Assembly: GCA_965112735.1 (NCBI GenBank)
Contig: OZ218951.1
Coordinates: 1,736,001-1,800,000 of the forward strand
Source of the DNA: Phaeosaccion multiseriatum
Taxonomy: Eukaryota; Protista; Ochrophyta, other classes
DNA length: 64,000 nt
Reading direction: 5' to 3'
Shown: positions 24,536 to 42,200 of the stretch, one piece after another
Layout of the letters: the number at the start of each line of letters is the position of its first letter
Position numbering within the stretch: the first letter of the stretch is position 1
The notes under the pieces: generated by a model
Told to the model about the DNA's origin: nothing
The model's database searches: none
What the model saw: the letters and a program-made list of their open reading frames with translations, nothing else
Made by a program: the position numbers and the translations under genes

Positions 24536-25693
24536 GGTGCAGCAGCACCGGTGGTAGCGGCAGTTGCAGGAAAAGAGGGCTCAACCGCTACTGCTGGTGC
24601 TGTTACTGATGCCCCCGGGGTAGCGGTGGAAGCGAGTCGCAAAGGAGAGGGAGGAGGCCCAGCGGTTTCTGCGGACGACGTGTTTGAGCTGTTGCCATGG
24701 GACACTGAGACCCCACAAGATATCAATATCTTCCCCAATGACCAGCAGCAGGGAAGAGGAGATGAAGGAGGAGAAGGGCTGGGGGAGGAGGGCGTCGGTC
24801 TTAATGCAGTTGGTGATACGGAGATGCTAATGATGGAGGCTGTGGAAGTGGGTCTAGACTTGCAGTTTGCCGCGGCGCTCTGCTCACGCTCTCGCCACAT
24901 GGCCCTCTTGGACGCTCGCCAGAGTTGGGCCCCCCTGGACACAGTGTTGCGAAGACTGGAGGTGGAGTGTTTTGATCTGAGAGAGGTGCTGGGTCCCGCT
25001 TACAGACTACATCAGAGCGTTGCACACATGCCCTCACCCCCTGACACCAGGCATGCCCACCTCCTGCCCCCTCCGCGGTCGGCGGCCTTCTCCTTGCAGG
25101 GATTAGCGGGTGGTGGAGGGGGAGGAGGAGGGGAGGGGGGAGGTGGAGGGGTTGGTACTTCAATGGAGTCGGGGTCTTTCTTTAAAGTGAAGGACGGACT
25201 TGTGCACGTAAGGCTGCGTGTGCGAGAGGATATGAGAGAGCTCGTGAGCGAGGCAGCAAGGGCAGCAGTTGGTGATACAGCAGGGGCGGCGACAGGGATG
25301 GTAAGGGCAGGGCGAAGGACCGGCGGTGGTGGGGGGGGACAGGGAGAGGAGATGAAGTGGGAAGAAGAAGACGAGCAGCGACGGCGAGATGGGAGCAACC
25401 CACCGCTCACGGACGTGTGGGGAGGTGATGAGGGTGAGGGTAAGGAGGCCTCCAATGCCTCCGGTGGGACCCCCGGTGGGGTGATGAAGTGGCCCCATCA
25501 AGCCCGGGGGGAGGGAGAACCCGGGGGGCTGGAGGGGGGAGAGAGGGCGTGGGACGGCGAAGGCAGCAACCTGCCTCTGGCGGCTCTGCTGAGCCATGCA
25601 GCCACCGCGTATCTGATGGCAGCGCTGGACAGGGAGAGCGAGGTGCTTGCCGAGGGGACTGTAAAGGACCGGACCGGGTGGGCACAACGGGTA

Positions 25694-25764
<71 letters not shown>

Positions 25765-26415
25765 TGGGCGCGGGGGGGGGGGTCTGTGTGTGGGTATCCC
25801 TCTTCTGTGTGTGTTTGGGCGGGGGAGGAAGGGATGCTGACTTTTGAACTGTACGCTTCCCTTTTTCCCTCTCCACTGAGATCGAAATACTCAACGACTC
25901 TCACTCTTCTCCCCCCCCACCCTGTCCCGCATTTTCACACACACATACACACGCACACACACGCACACACACACACTCTCTCGCACACACTCTCTCTCGC
26001 TCGTACTCACACATACACACACTCTCTCTCTCTCTCGCACACACACATACACTCTCTCTCGCACACACACACGCGCGCCCGTGCACAGTACACATCGGAG
26101 CTTGAGGAGTACCGGGATGCGCTGATCACACGCCTCGCTCGCTGCGCCGCCCCTGCCTCCTCTGTGGCCTCCAACGACGACCTTCAGGCCATCTTTGGTG
26201 GCGCTTCTGCCTCAGTGACGAGTTCAGTGACTTATTCAGTGGAGGAGCCGGTGCTGTTCAAGAAGGCGGCAGTGATGAATAACAGCCAGCCAGGGACGCT
26301 GTTCGTTACGTTTGGATCGGTTTGGTTCCATAGCAAAGTGCTCAAGTTTGAAAAGAAGTTCATTCTGCCCATGTCCTCGGTGCTTGGTGTCAAGGTGAGT
26401 TCAGCGAGCTCAGCT

Positions 26416-26459
<44 letters not shown>

Positions 26460-26950
26460 GATGTGCAGAGGCAAAGGAGGGATAGGGAGAGAGAGTGTGT
26501 GGGCGAGAGAAAGTGATACAAATGGCTAAAGATGAATACACAGAGGCAAAGAGGCAGAGGTGAAGAGAGAGGGGAGAAGAGATAAGAAAGGAGACAGAGA
26601 AGAGAGAGATGGAGAGAGGGACACGGAGAGAGAGGGCAGAGACAGCTGCAGAGATAGATACGCCCCACCTTGACGGTGACTGGCTCTGAGCCTCGCTGCC
26701 TGCCACCCCCCATGACACACAGACTTCGCAGAAGCCAATCTCCGCAGCCATCACGCTCAAGACGGCGTCCCTCGAGGTATGGGGAGGGCAAAGAGAGGAG
26801 CTTGGGAAATTATACTTATGCGTAAGGGGCATGGGCAAAGAGAGGAGCATAAGGGGCATGGTCTGGTTGCAGTGGCTGGTTGCAGCTGCACCATTCCTTC
26901 CCCTTCACCTTGCACACGCTAAAAGGTTTCCTCGAACACACATGCACACG

Positions 26951-27006
<56 letters not shown>

Positions 27007-27379
27007 GTGTGTGTGTATGACCCACCACTCCTTCGAGCCGCGGACACCCCCCTACTGTCTTCTTCCTTCTTCCATGTCCTTGCCCCTTCTTCCTTCTTCC
27101 TCGGTTCTTCTCGCTTGCGTCTGTTGTTGTTGTTGTTGTTGTTGTTGTTACTGTTGCGTGTGGTGTGTGTTTTCAAGGATGTATACTTAGCGTAACCGCC
27201 CCCCATCCCCTCCCCCACCCGCTGCCATCCACTACCATCCACTTCCATCCCCCCATCTGCTCATCTCTACCCTCCTCCGTTATTAGGAGATCACCTTCAC
27301 CTTCTCTCTGCAAAGCTTGGAGCCTTTGAGAGCTCTTCTTCTGCGGCTGGTGGACCTTCAGCCCTCCGGGGCGGCCTGA
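21774..27379 (+). CDS. Large multi-exon protein with C-terminal GRAM (PH-like) domain
   Basis: Exon 1 from [16 protein letters not shown] to RADVK|gtaag; a long exon ~23463-25690; exon 26089-26394 (...[43 protein letters not shown]-like); small exons [18 protein letters not shown] and [30 protein letters not shown] (27287-27379). Confidence 0.65.
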
Positions 27380-27654
27380 GAGACGATTGCTTAGACTTGG
27401 GCCTCCCTCCACACCGCTCCCTTCTCTTCTCTCTTCTTTGTATCAAGACTATATATAAGCGGGAGAGTGACAAAGCTATAGAAGCGGTATCGGTTTATTC
27501 CTTACATACTCGCGTGTGTGGATACTACGCCAAGGCCTTACGCTATTTGCGCCCCGGAGGGAGAGGAGGGGAGGAAGGCGGAAGTGGTGGTTAGGAGAGG
27601 TTCAGTTCTCCCTTCCCTTGTCTTCTCTCTTTCATGCTTTGTACTACTAACAAA

Positions 27655-27717
<63 letters not shown>

Positions 27718-28234
27718 AACGGGAGAGGGTAAAAAGGAGCGGTAACATAACAGTCTACTAGTTGCTCTCTCCTCTCTCTTCCCCTCCCTCCCCGAGCCCC
27801 AGAGGGTGGGCGGACCATGTGACTGTCCTCCATCGGGGGGGGGGGGGTCGGTGGGAGGGATGGAGGAAGTACAGTGGCATTGCGGGAAAGGGAGGCACCA
27901 CACACGTCTGAGCAAGGAGAGAAGATAAAGCGAGCACAGAGCAGGACGAGGGCCGCTGCCACGCTCTCTCTCTCTCTTTCTTGTGCAGCGACATGTGTCG
28001 AACGGTTTGTACATCCAACGTAACGGCAGAAGCCAACACGCCGCCAACACGCCGCCAACACGCTCTAACAATTAGGGTCAGCGGCGCCAATGCAACGCCA
28101 ATGTAACGATCCTGCAGTGACGAGCGTTTCGGGCTCTCGGTCGCACAACATCAATAATGTATCCCTAACACTTGGGGTCAAGGAGGTACCAAGTACAAAG
28201 TACAAAGTAATCAGTGTGTGTGCGTGCGTGTGCA

Positions 28235-30662
28235 TTACAGCTCGTCGTTCTGCTGCCCTAGTTTCTGCTTCAGAGACGCCAGGCGGGAGCGAACGCTGCC
28301 GCCGCCGGAGGTGCTCCTCGCCTCCCCCGCTCCGCTGTTGACACTGCCGCTGTGCCCCCTCTTGTCGGCTCCACTACCACCACTTCCGCTGCTGCTGCCA
28401 CTGCTGCCGCTGCTGTCAACTGGGACGGGTTGTTCACGCGGGCCCTCCTGCTGCTGCTTGCGCTCCTCTTCATGCTGACGTGCTGCTGCTGCTGCTGCTT
28501 CGTCTCTCTCCGCTTGCTCCGCTGTTGCTGCTGCTGCTCTTTGCGCTGCTTCTCTCTCCACTGCTTCTCTCTCCGCCATCTTTGCTGCCGCCTCTCTCAA
28601 CGCTGCCTCTCTCTTCTCTGCTTTTCTCTCCGCTTCCTCTGCTGCTGCCCTTCTCTCCATCGCCTCTCTCTTCTCTGCTTCCTCTGCTGCTGCCCTTCTC
28701 TCCATCGCCTCTCTCTTCTCTGCTTCCTCTGCTGCTGCCCTTCTCTCCATCGCCTCTCTCTTCTCTGCTTCCTCTGCTGCTGCCCTTCTCTCCATCGCCT
28801 CTCTCTCTGCTTCCTCTGCCGCCGCCGCCGCCGCTGCTCTCTCCGCTTGCTCCGTTGCTGCGGCTGCTCTTTGCGCTGCTTCTCTCTCCACTGCTTCTCT
28901 CTCCGCCATCTTTGCTGTAGCCTCTCTCAACGCTGCCTCCCTCTTCTCTGCTTTTCTCTCCGCTTTCTCTCTCTCCGCTTTCTCTCTCTCCGCTGCTTTT
29001 GCTGCTGCCTCTCTCTCCGCTGCCTCCCGTGCGGCGAGATCCCTGGCTGCCTTCCTCATCTCGTTTGCTATCCTCGCCTCTTCTGCCGCTACCCTCGCTT
29101 CGAATTGATCAAACTTATCGCCGCTCCCCTCGTCCTCCACCCCCTCCAAGGAAGCACCACATCCTTCTCCGTCGTCGCTCCTGCCTGCCGCTTGCAGAGT
29201 CTGCGGTGCCGAGCAAGCCCCTTCTTCTACTCCAATCCCCAGGGAAGAGGAAGTTGGAAGAGAGGAAGAAGAAGGCGAGGAAGAAGACGCAGCCCCAGCC
29301 CAGCCCGGTGGTGTGGTCTCCCGTCTCTTTCTCGCATCACCCCTGCTCCGACCACCCCATCCACGACCAGCCTTCTTGGAAAACACCTTGATAACAAACA
29401 TGTACGTGAGGAAGAAGACAAGGATCACGACGAGCATCATCGTCCAAGAGGCGAACATACTCCGTCGTTTGCGTTTGAGGTGTGCAGCCACCCTCTCGTT
29501 CTCCTTGCGAAGCTTGTCTGTATTAGCAGAGGCCTCTTGCTCGGTGTCGTCCAGCCGCGCGGTCTGCTGCTTGAGCGACCGGTTGATCTGCAGGCTGCTT
29601 TCCTTCAGCAGAGATGCCATGTTCGCAATCTCGCTCGCCATGGCGTCTGCGACGAGAGCGTCTGCCTCTTCCTGGGCCCGCTCGTCTCGCTGTTTCTGAT
29701 GCGGCTTCTGGCGCTGGTGGTGAGAAGCTCCTCCTCCTCCTCCTCCTCCTCCTCCTCCTCCTCCCATCACCGACAGCGCATCTTCTCCTCCACCAGCAGT
29801 TGCTGCCCCCCTTCTACCTCCCCCCAAGTCGGCATCAGCGTTGTCCCTGAGGTTCCCCACCCCGCCGTGCCCTCCTGCTGCTTCTGCTGGTGCGGTACTC
29901 TCAGTGGAATACGTTACACTCCTCCTGCCAACAGTATCGCCCTCCACATCGGAAGCCGCATCCGCAGGAGCAGTGGCCTGCGCAGTGCTGTACTTGTTAC
30001 TTCTACTGCCCACACCCCTCGCTGCTGCCGCACGCACTCTTTGGCCCCTTCTGGCCTGGCTTCCCGCAATGAGCTCCTCTATTCGCCTGCGGTAGTCAAG
30101 TAGGGTCTGCCAAGAAAAGGGTAAAGGAAGGGGAGGTCGGGTCGGTAAAAGAGGTTAGAGGTCGCTCAACCTCGTCGGTTGGTTCTGTCTCTGAGACGTC
30201 CTACAGACTATGCCTCTGCGAGTGTTCTCTCCTTGGTTTTCCATTGGCTGAGGGGGGGATATCTACATTTCCCCTACAGAGAAGGGCCAGTCATCTCACA
30301 GACGCCGGCTAAAGCTGCCGTTAGTCCCTCCGCCTCTCGCATCCTTTTTTAGCAGTCCGGACGACCTCGGACCTATACGCCAGGACACATTGTCATCCAC
30401 GCACCTCGGCAGTGAGAGAGGCAGTGAGGAATGATACTTGCTCGTCTGTCTTGAAGTCTGCCTCGAGCTCCAGCAGCTCTTCCTCCAAGTGGGCGAGGAA
30501 GCACTTGAGCCGCCGCTCCCCCTCGCGCGCCTTCTGCTGCTGCTGTCGCTGCTCCCCTGCGGGGGTGTCGTTGGCCCCTGCCTCACAGCACTTCTGCTCC
30601 AGCCGCTCTGAGGCGCCCAAGAGGCGTTGTAGCTCGATATGGCGGCTCCTTACAGACGCCAT
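28235..30662 (-). CDS. USE1: USE1-type ER Qc-SNARE with an atypical ~380-aa post-transmembrane extension ending in NDEL
   Basis: Exon 1 30438-30662 (MASVRSRHIELQRLL...LKCFLAHLEEELLEL) joins exon 2 28235-30106 (TLLDYRRRIEEL...) in phase 0. SNARE helix MASEIANMASLLKESSLQINRSLKQQTARLDDTEQEASANTDKLRKENERV, then TM WTMMLVVILVFFLTYMFVIKVF, typical of USE1. Confidence 0.75.
28500..28990 (-). repeat. Coding tandem repeats (45-bp unit, AAAEEAEKREAMERR, about 4 copies) flanked by a duplicated ~120-bp block
   Basis: Visible in both DNA and translation of the USE1 tail (AEKREAALREA(T/A)AKMAEREAVEREAAQRAAAAT occurs twice). Confidence 0.9.
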
Positions 30663-31090
30663 GCCATGCTCAAAGATGGGGCTTCTCGAGAAATGGTGCT
30701 CCACAAGCCTTTGGTGCCATCTGCGGTGCCTAATAGTAATGGTGTGAAAAAGGGTGATGAAGGCTCAGGCTTGCTGGGGCAGCAGCCGCGCTACCGGCAG
30801 CGAAAAAGTGCCCTCCCCCAGCAAAGGGATAGGGGATGACGATGGGCATACGGCCAAAGGTAGAGGGTAGAGGGCAGGCCCCCCCTTCTTGTTTTCCTCT
30901 CGCAGGGCCGGCGTGGCGAGGTTCGTATGAGACAACGAGTATGAATTAGGCTGAGCTGAGTCTTAGCGACTCTCCCCATCTCTCTTTCTCCCTCTCTCTC
31001 TCTTCCTCTCTCTGTCTGGCTGACTCTCTCTCCTCCCTCTCTCTGGTTGACTCTCTTTCTCTCTTTCTCTCTCCCTCTCCCTCTGTTTAG

Positions 31091-31154
<64 letters not shown>

Positions 31155-31181
31155 GCTGACTGTCTCACCCTCTTCTCCTCC

Positions 31182-35783
<4,602 letters not shown>

Positions 35784-35860
35784 ATCCTCTTGCACGGAGA
35801 GAGTGAGTTGAGCGAGTAAGAGGAGAAGCGGTAGAAAAAGCAAACACACGATCCCGGAGG

Positions 35861-36017
35861 ATTTAGGTAGGGTGTTTTGAGTGTGGTTTCGTGTCGAGAG
35901 CAGCATGTGGTCGCGACATGACCTAAGGCTTATTCGTGTCGAGAGCACGAGGGGTGGTCTCGAGTCGGAGCCACGACTGAGCGCAGGGGACAGGCTGGCG
36001 TACACGCGGATTCGAGC
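35861..36017 (+). repeat. Left terminal inverted repeat
   Basis: ATTTAGGTAGGGTGTTTTGAGTGTGGTTTCGTGTCGAGAGCAGC...TACACGCGGATTCGAGC; contains the internal direct repeat TTCGTGTCGAGAGCA twice. Confidence 0.93.
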
Positions 36018-36200
36018 CGCACGGGCACACTGGATCTTCTCGGGATCTCCTCTTCGCACTGCGTGGTAATGACACGACCTTTTCCCTCCTCTGCTTGTCT
36101 TTCCCACTCTCTACTGGGCTGCTCTTACGTCCTCAAACGTTAAGACTTCAGCGCCCTTTCAGGGTGGGAAACAAGGTGAGAGACAGTTACACACGTCACC

Positions 36201-39200
36201 ATGCCTGTTGCGAGTGCAGAGAGTACTGGAGATATGCTCGGGCTCTTCGACGACCTCAGCGCTTCGGGCGATAGACTCCAGCGACGGTACGATGAGTGTG
36301 CTGCAGTTGAGAGTACCGTAGGCCTCGAGTACACGTTTGCCGAACGAGCGATTGATGAGGAATGGCTGATCTTTCAGGCATTGTTAGAAACATTGCGGAA
36401 AGCGAAGCTGTCCCTGTCTGGTATCACACTTGAGGGCCAACGCAAGGTCTTCAACAGTATGTGTCCTCATCCTGGTAACTGCATTGAGGGGTGGAATGGT
36501 TCCGTGCTGCCAAGCAGCTCTGAATGTTTGCACCGGTTATGCCATCTGCACTGTGGAGAGCTGCACGGACTCGGTGCACACAAGACTGCCTTCCGTCGCC
36601 GGCACTCATTGTCCATCCAGGAGACCGCCCCTGCTGTAAGAATCGACAGTGCCGAGAGTTGTTGCGCCAAGTTCCTCGCCTCCTCACTGCTCTCTTCACC
36701 CCTCCCCGAGAGCACCCTCTTGTGGGACGTATCTTCCTCCTGGAGTGAGCGATGCGCACAGCTTCCTGAACCAGTGCGTGAAGGCTTGGAGTGCGTGGGT
36801 CATAAGGTACGATGGGTAGGGAGTGGAGCTATTGACGAAAAGTCTGACACAGCTCGCTTTCGCTTCGATTTGGTCTCACTTGACCTCCACACCCCCCCCT
36901 GAATCCCCTGTCGCTCGCTGTCGTTTACTTTTCCAGTCACTTTGTGGCGAGCTCTGCAGTCGCAATTTGTGTCCCGCCTGTGGCACTTGTCTGAGTCTGC
37001 TGGGCATGGAGTGCCAGCAAGGGGAGTGCGAGATTGCTGCGCATCTCGTGTCACGGGACGCCCTTCTTCCCACCTCCGGAGGGGGCGGGGGCTGTGGGGA
37101 CAGGGGGGAAGGGGAGGACGGCTTCTTTCAAGACGTAGGGAGTGAAGACGTGTACGATGGGGCAGGAGACTTTGGGGGGGGGGGGGGCGACGACATGTAT
37201 GGCATCGCTTGGGAGGAGTTACACTCGGACGAACCCAGAGCGGCGGCGCCCGAGTACTCGGACACGCCGCACCACAGGCCGACGCGCAATATTCAAGAGA
37301 TGGTGGAGACTATAACAAATGGGGACGCAATATCGCTGCACCAACGTCAAGTGGCATGGTTAGGGCGACAGGGGGGCAACTCGGAGATAGTGGAGCTGAT
37401 GCAGGCCTACTTTTACGGCAAGCCCTACCCACAGCGGATTGAAGCACTTTCGATATGCGCCAGCTGTGGCTCGAGCATGACTGCCATCCACAGTCAACCT
37501 TGTCTTTGGACACAGGAAGCGGTCTTCCCGCACTACCTCGTGCTCGTGGACTATCAATGCCCCAGGTGCGGCCACATCGCCCTGGCGGATACCTCCAGCC
37601 ATGCCCTCTTTCGGAGCACGTATACCACAGTCTTGGCTTACAAAGCTGGCTTCGACTTTCTCGACCAAATCCGACGCAACGGTACTACAGCAGCCAACTG
37701 GACAGGATGCTGCGTGGACGGAGCATCTAGACTTGGCTTGACAGATGTGCTCACGATCCCTGCGGAGACTCTGAGAGCGCGGGGCAGGCAGGGCCTCATG
37801 GCCTTCCTCCTCAATATGGAGGGCGTCCTGGACCCCTGGCCGTGTTGCCCTATTTGCGGTCTGGACCCGTGGGCATTCGTTGTCGACGGTCTCATGGAGG
37901 GTAAGTGTTGAGCAGCCTCCCTACCTCCCTCCCATCCCTCCCATCCCTCCCATCCCTCCCATCCCTCTCTCCCTTCCTCCCTCCCCCCGCCCCCCCACCC
38001 GCGCCTGGCCTGCCTCTGTTCTCCCTTCTTCCCCCCCTTCCCTCCCTGCCCACCGCTCCCCCCCCCCCACCCACCCGTCCCCCTGCGTACCCCCTCCTCT
38101 TCACTCTCTGTCCACCGCCCCCGCCCCTACCCCCCTACCCTCCTGCCTACCTCGTTCGCGTCCTCCCTCGCTGCCTACACACCGCCCCTGCTTCTTCTCT
38201 GCCCCCTCCTACTGCCTCCTACTCTCTCGCGGTATCAGCTGCTCTCCTATGTATTCCTTCCTCCCCATAGGGGCCTTACCCCTTGCCTCCCTCGATCCGA
38301 TCCTCCCTCCGTATATGCCCCCCGCCCTCTTCTCCCCCCCCCTTTCTTTCCCCTTCTCCCCTTGATTTCGCTACGTCACTTCGTGTATGCATCACGTCCG
38401 TCGTCCCTCGTCCCACACCCATGCCTCTGTATGCTTGCGACATGTGCACTCACTGATTCAGGCCTTCAACGAAAGTTGATGAATCTGGCTGAACCGACCA
38501 ACTCAGTCAGAAAGGACCTCCCCCGCTGAAGCGCTTACACTTCGGGGATATCACGGAGCTTGGTTCTCGTCAGCAGCCTACACGCAGTGCCCTGCTGAGG
38601 TATGCACGAGTGAAAACGAGTGGCGGCAAGGAGGGGAAGCATCGTCCCCAGCTGACAAGAGAGGAGCTTACCGAGCTGCAAAATGGCGGTGAAGTACCGG
38701 AATGGGTGAAGGACTGTTTCATGTGGTTTGACGCTTTCGCGGGCTACAAGGCCGAGTCCGTGAGGTGAGGCAAGGCCACCATCATGAACTCTTCTTTCAC
38801 TCTGCACCGCACCCTACACTTCCAATCGTCCAAACGCTCTGCCCCCCCCCCCCCTGGATATCCCCCCTGCCCCCCTCAATCCCTTCCCATTCAAAGTCCC
38901 GCCGTTGGAGTCCCGACTGCGGAAGTGTTCCCTCCCCTCTGGAGATACTTGTGCAGGAACTTTGCGGCGGATGGAGCGTCGGACGTTCTCCCGGGGCTCA
39001 GTGGAGGAGTCGAAGGCGTTGAGGAGGACGTACTTTCAACAGCTTTGACGGGGCCTTTTGACGAGGACGAAGGAGTCTCACCAGACGCGGGGCACGAGGA
39101 CGATGTGCACGTGCTGGACTCGAAGGAGGTAGAGAGGTGCGTCCTTGAGACAGAGAAGGCCTGGACAAGTCGCTCCGGCCTGTGCAGTTTTTTTGTCTGT

Positions 39201-42200
39201 ACTGAGCTGCAACTGTCCCTCCTCTGGGCCTCGGTGCACCCACCGGCAGGTACATTTTCGGGACACACCTTTGGCTTGCAGATTGGCTGGAGAAGGACAT
39301 GGAGGAGTGCCCCCGGAGCTCTTGACTCGCCTCTGGAGGCACTACCCTCTTTTTGCCATGGCAGTGATGGAGTATAGGCTCCTGAGGGAGCGCCACGAGA
39401 AGGCCATTGAAGAGGGAAGGCTCCACTTCGTGCACGAGGAGTGTTTTGCGCACAAGACACCCACTTTCCTTCTGGGGAATGTTCAGCGTAGGAATGAGGT
39501 GCGAAACCGCTTCATAGTCGTGTGTAAGGAGATGGACGAGGCGGACAAGGGACTGCACCGCCCCTTGGAGACGAAGGTCGTGTCGAAGGACGATGACTGG
39601 GCACAAGGATTCTGCTGCTCGCAGACCTTCGAAAGTGTAAGTGGACAGCACCGCATGGGATCATGGCTTCCCCGCTTTGTGACCTTGCTGAGCTTTCCGC
39701 CCCCCTTTCCCCTCCCGCTACCCCCCGCTACCCCCCCCCCACCCACCCACCTCCTTTCTCTCATGTCCAAAACCATGCGCTCCGTACTCCTGCCTTCGAA
39801 CCATTCCCCCCCGCCCTTCTGGCTCAACCCTGAACTCGCCTACTTGTCCTCTCGCCTTTGTGTGTTGTTGGGCCTTTTTCTCGTCTCTTGTACCGCAGAG
39901 ACCGGAGAGGCGACCCTACGCACAGGATGAGGAGAACCGCGGGCCTTCCTCAAACAAGACCGGAGTGGACAAGGACGACGGCTTGTGCTGCAAGAACAGC
40001 AGCAGCTGTGCCAACATGTCGTCGGGCTTGTTCTTATGCTTCTGTTCTCATCGGTTCCCGCTCGCCCAGCTGTTCATGCCGAGGCCAGAGTCGGTGGCGT
40101 ACCCTTTTGAGCTGATTCGACGCTGGAGTGCTTCAAGTTCCAAGCACGCGAGAGTGCTATGGATCTACGACAACGGTGAGCTTAACGCGTCTGAGGGTTG
40201 TTTGTGGGGAATGAGTGTGGAGCCTTTGAAGCGGTGAAGGCCCTCTCGAGGGTCGGGGAGGAGTGTGCAGAGTCTGGTAGTGCTGCTGGTACAGTGTTTA
40301 TGACGTCCCGAGGTCTTTAGAGGGTTCGGTGAGGAGTACTGAGGGTCCGGCGATGCTGCCGATGCCCCCTGTACTCCCTCTCGACTCCTCAAAGGCCGCG
40401 GGGACAAGTAAGGACGGTTCCGCAGCACTGCTAGTATACTCTTCACACCTTTCTGACATCTCCAGAAGAGTCGGAAAAGTGTGGAGGGGTCAAGCTGGGC
40501 CTGCGAGAAAGTCCTGGTCACTTGTGCCTGTCGTGTGACCCCCCTCGGGCGTGATTCGGTGCCTGACAGGGTCAGACATGAGCAGAATCGAAAGTGTTTG
40601 GGTGGAGGGAAGGGGATCAGTGACTGCGGCACCGCTTAGTAATCTGCAGAGGGGTAGAGGATGCGTAGGGGCAGCTTCAGACCAAAAATAGTGGGGCAAG
40701 TTGGTCATGCCGGCTTAAACGCTGTGCAGGTGGTCGTTTTCCCTGTTTTGGGGCAGAAATGAGAGGGATTTGCTACGCTAACCTGTGAAGTCAACCTTGT
40801 GGGTTTCTACCCCAATGTCTGATTAGGTTTCCTTGTAGCCCTGACCAAACTCAAACGATCCGCGCTAGATTTCGGCCAAGCGTCCACCATGGTGACCCAG
40901 GGGGGGTGATTCAGTGACTTACTTTGGCGGCACGAGCAAACTGGGTGCCGGTTTGGCCCAAGCAGAGGAGGTGAATGGACTGCTGCATGTTTGAGGGTTG
41001 GTAGGATTGTAGAGGATCCTTTATCTGAGCTCCTGACAAAGAGATTCGGGAAAATACCTCCGGCTTGGCTGACACGTAACAGGGGTGGTGATCTTCCCCA
41101 AGCTGAGACGCAGAGGGGGAGGGCCAAGACCACCTGTGAAGTCACTGGTGCAGGGTACATAGATTGGTCAGGCCCATGTTTCCTTGTGCGCCTCACCAGA
41201 GGCAAGCGATGCGCGCTGGGTTTGTGGCAAGGGTCCACCATGGTCACGTAGGGGGGCTGATTCAGTGACTTAGTCGGCCTGACTTTTTTTGGTTGTGGGG
41301 GGGCGGGGGGGGGGGGGGAATGCCCGTACTCATTCCTGGTGCTTCTGAAGTGATACAGAGTGTGTATGACGCCCTGTTCATGCTTTGTTGGTGCCTCTAC
41401 AGTGCTCTGCGATGCCTCAACCCTGTACCGCTTCGCCTCCGAAGGGATTGGAATTTCCTTCAGTGTCACTGAAAAGGGTTGGAAGTGCGGCAGGCAGCGT
41501 CCGTACCCCCTCTGCTGCCTCCGCGGTGAACAGAGTGTGCTGGGTTGATGCAGCAGTTGCCAAGGAAATGCCTAACTTCTGCTCTCCGTTGCTCTGCGTT
41601 GCTCTCCGTTGCTCTCCGTTGCTCCTCTCCTCGTCCTCCTGGCCCAGTGTGTAAGCTGCACAAGTACATCTTGTACCGGGACCCGCGCCTACTTTTTCGC
41701 ATCAGGTTTTGCCTGGACCGCTTTCATTTGCCCAACCATGTGGCCTGCAACACCCTTTACGGCATCTTGAGTTTGATGAAACGGTCAGCGTACGAGAAGA
41801 ATGTGCCTCTCTTGTTCGAAGAGTACAGGTAAACTCCCCCCCCCCTCTCTCTCCTGCCCCCTGCCCATACCCTTGAATTGGGTACATTCCCCTGGGCAAT
41901 TCAGTTTCCCCACAGTGTAAGAACTCAGCCGCCTTCCCCGTCGTGATTGTCGTCTCTTCCTCAGCGTCTTGCGAAGCCTTGACACCCAAGCGGCGGAGCA
42001 GAACAACAAGGAGGTTCGCAAAATCGCCACGCAGGTGAAGGAGAGTCTCGGGCTACAGCTCACTCAAGTTTTTCTCCTCACTTCCTTGCTTTTTGTGCCT
42101 GCCTGCCTTGCCTGTGGACTCCCAGTTGGCGCACATGTCGTCGCGCACAGCTCAGATGTACGTTAACGTTTTCTTACACATGGTCGCGGAGAAGAGACTG

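Noticed and set aside
28352-30103. 583-aa Cys/Leu-rich ORF on the + strand
   Set aside because: Antisense shadow of the repetitive USE1 exon.
36885-36905. Programmed ribosomal frameshift joining the first two transposase ORFs
   Set aside because: A C8 homopolymer indel or sequencing error is simpler, and I saw no clear stimulatory structure.
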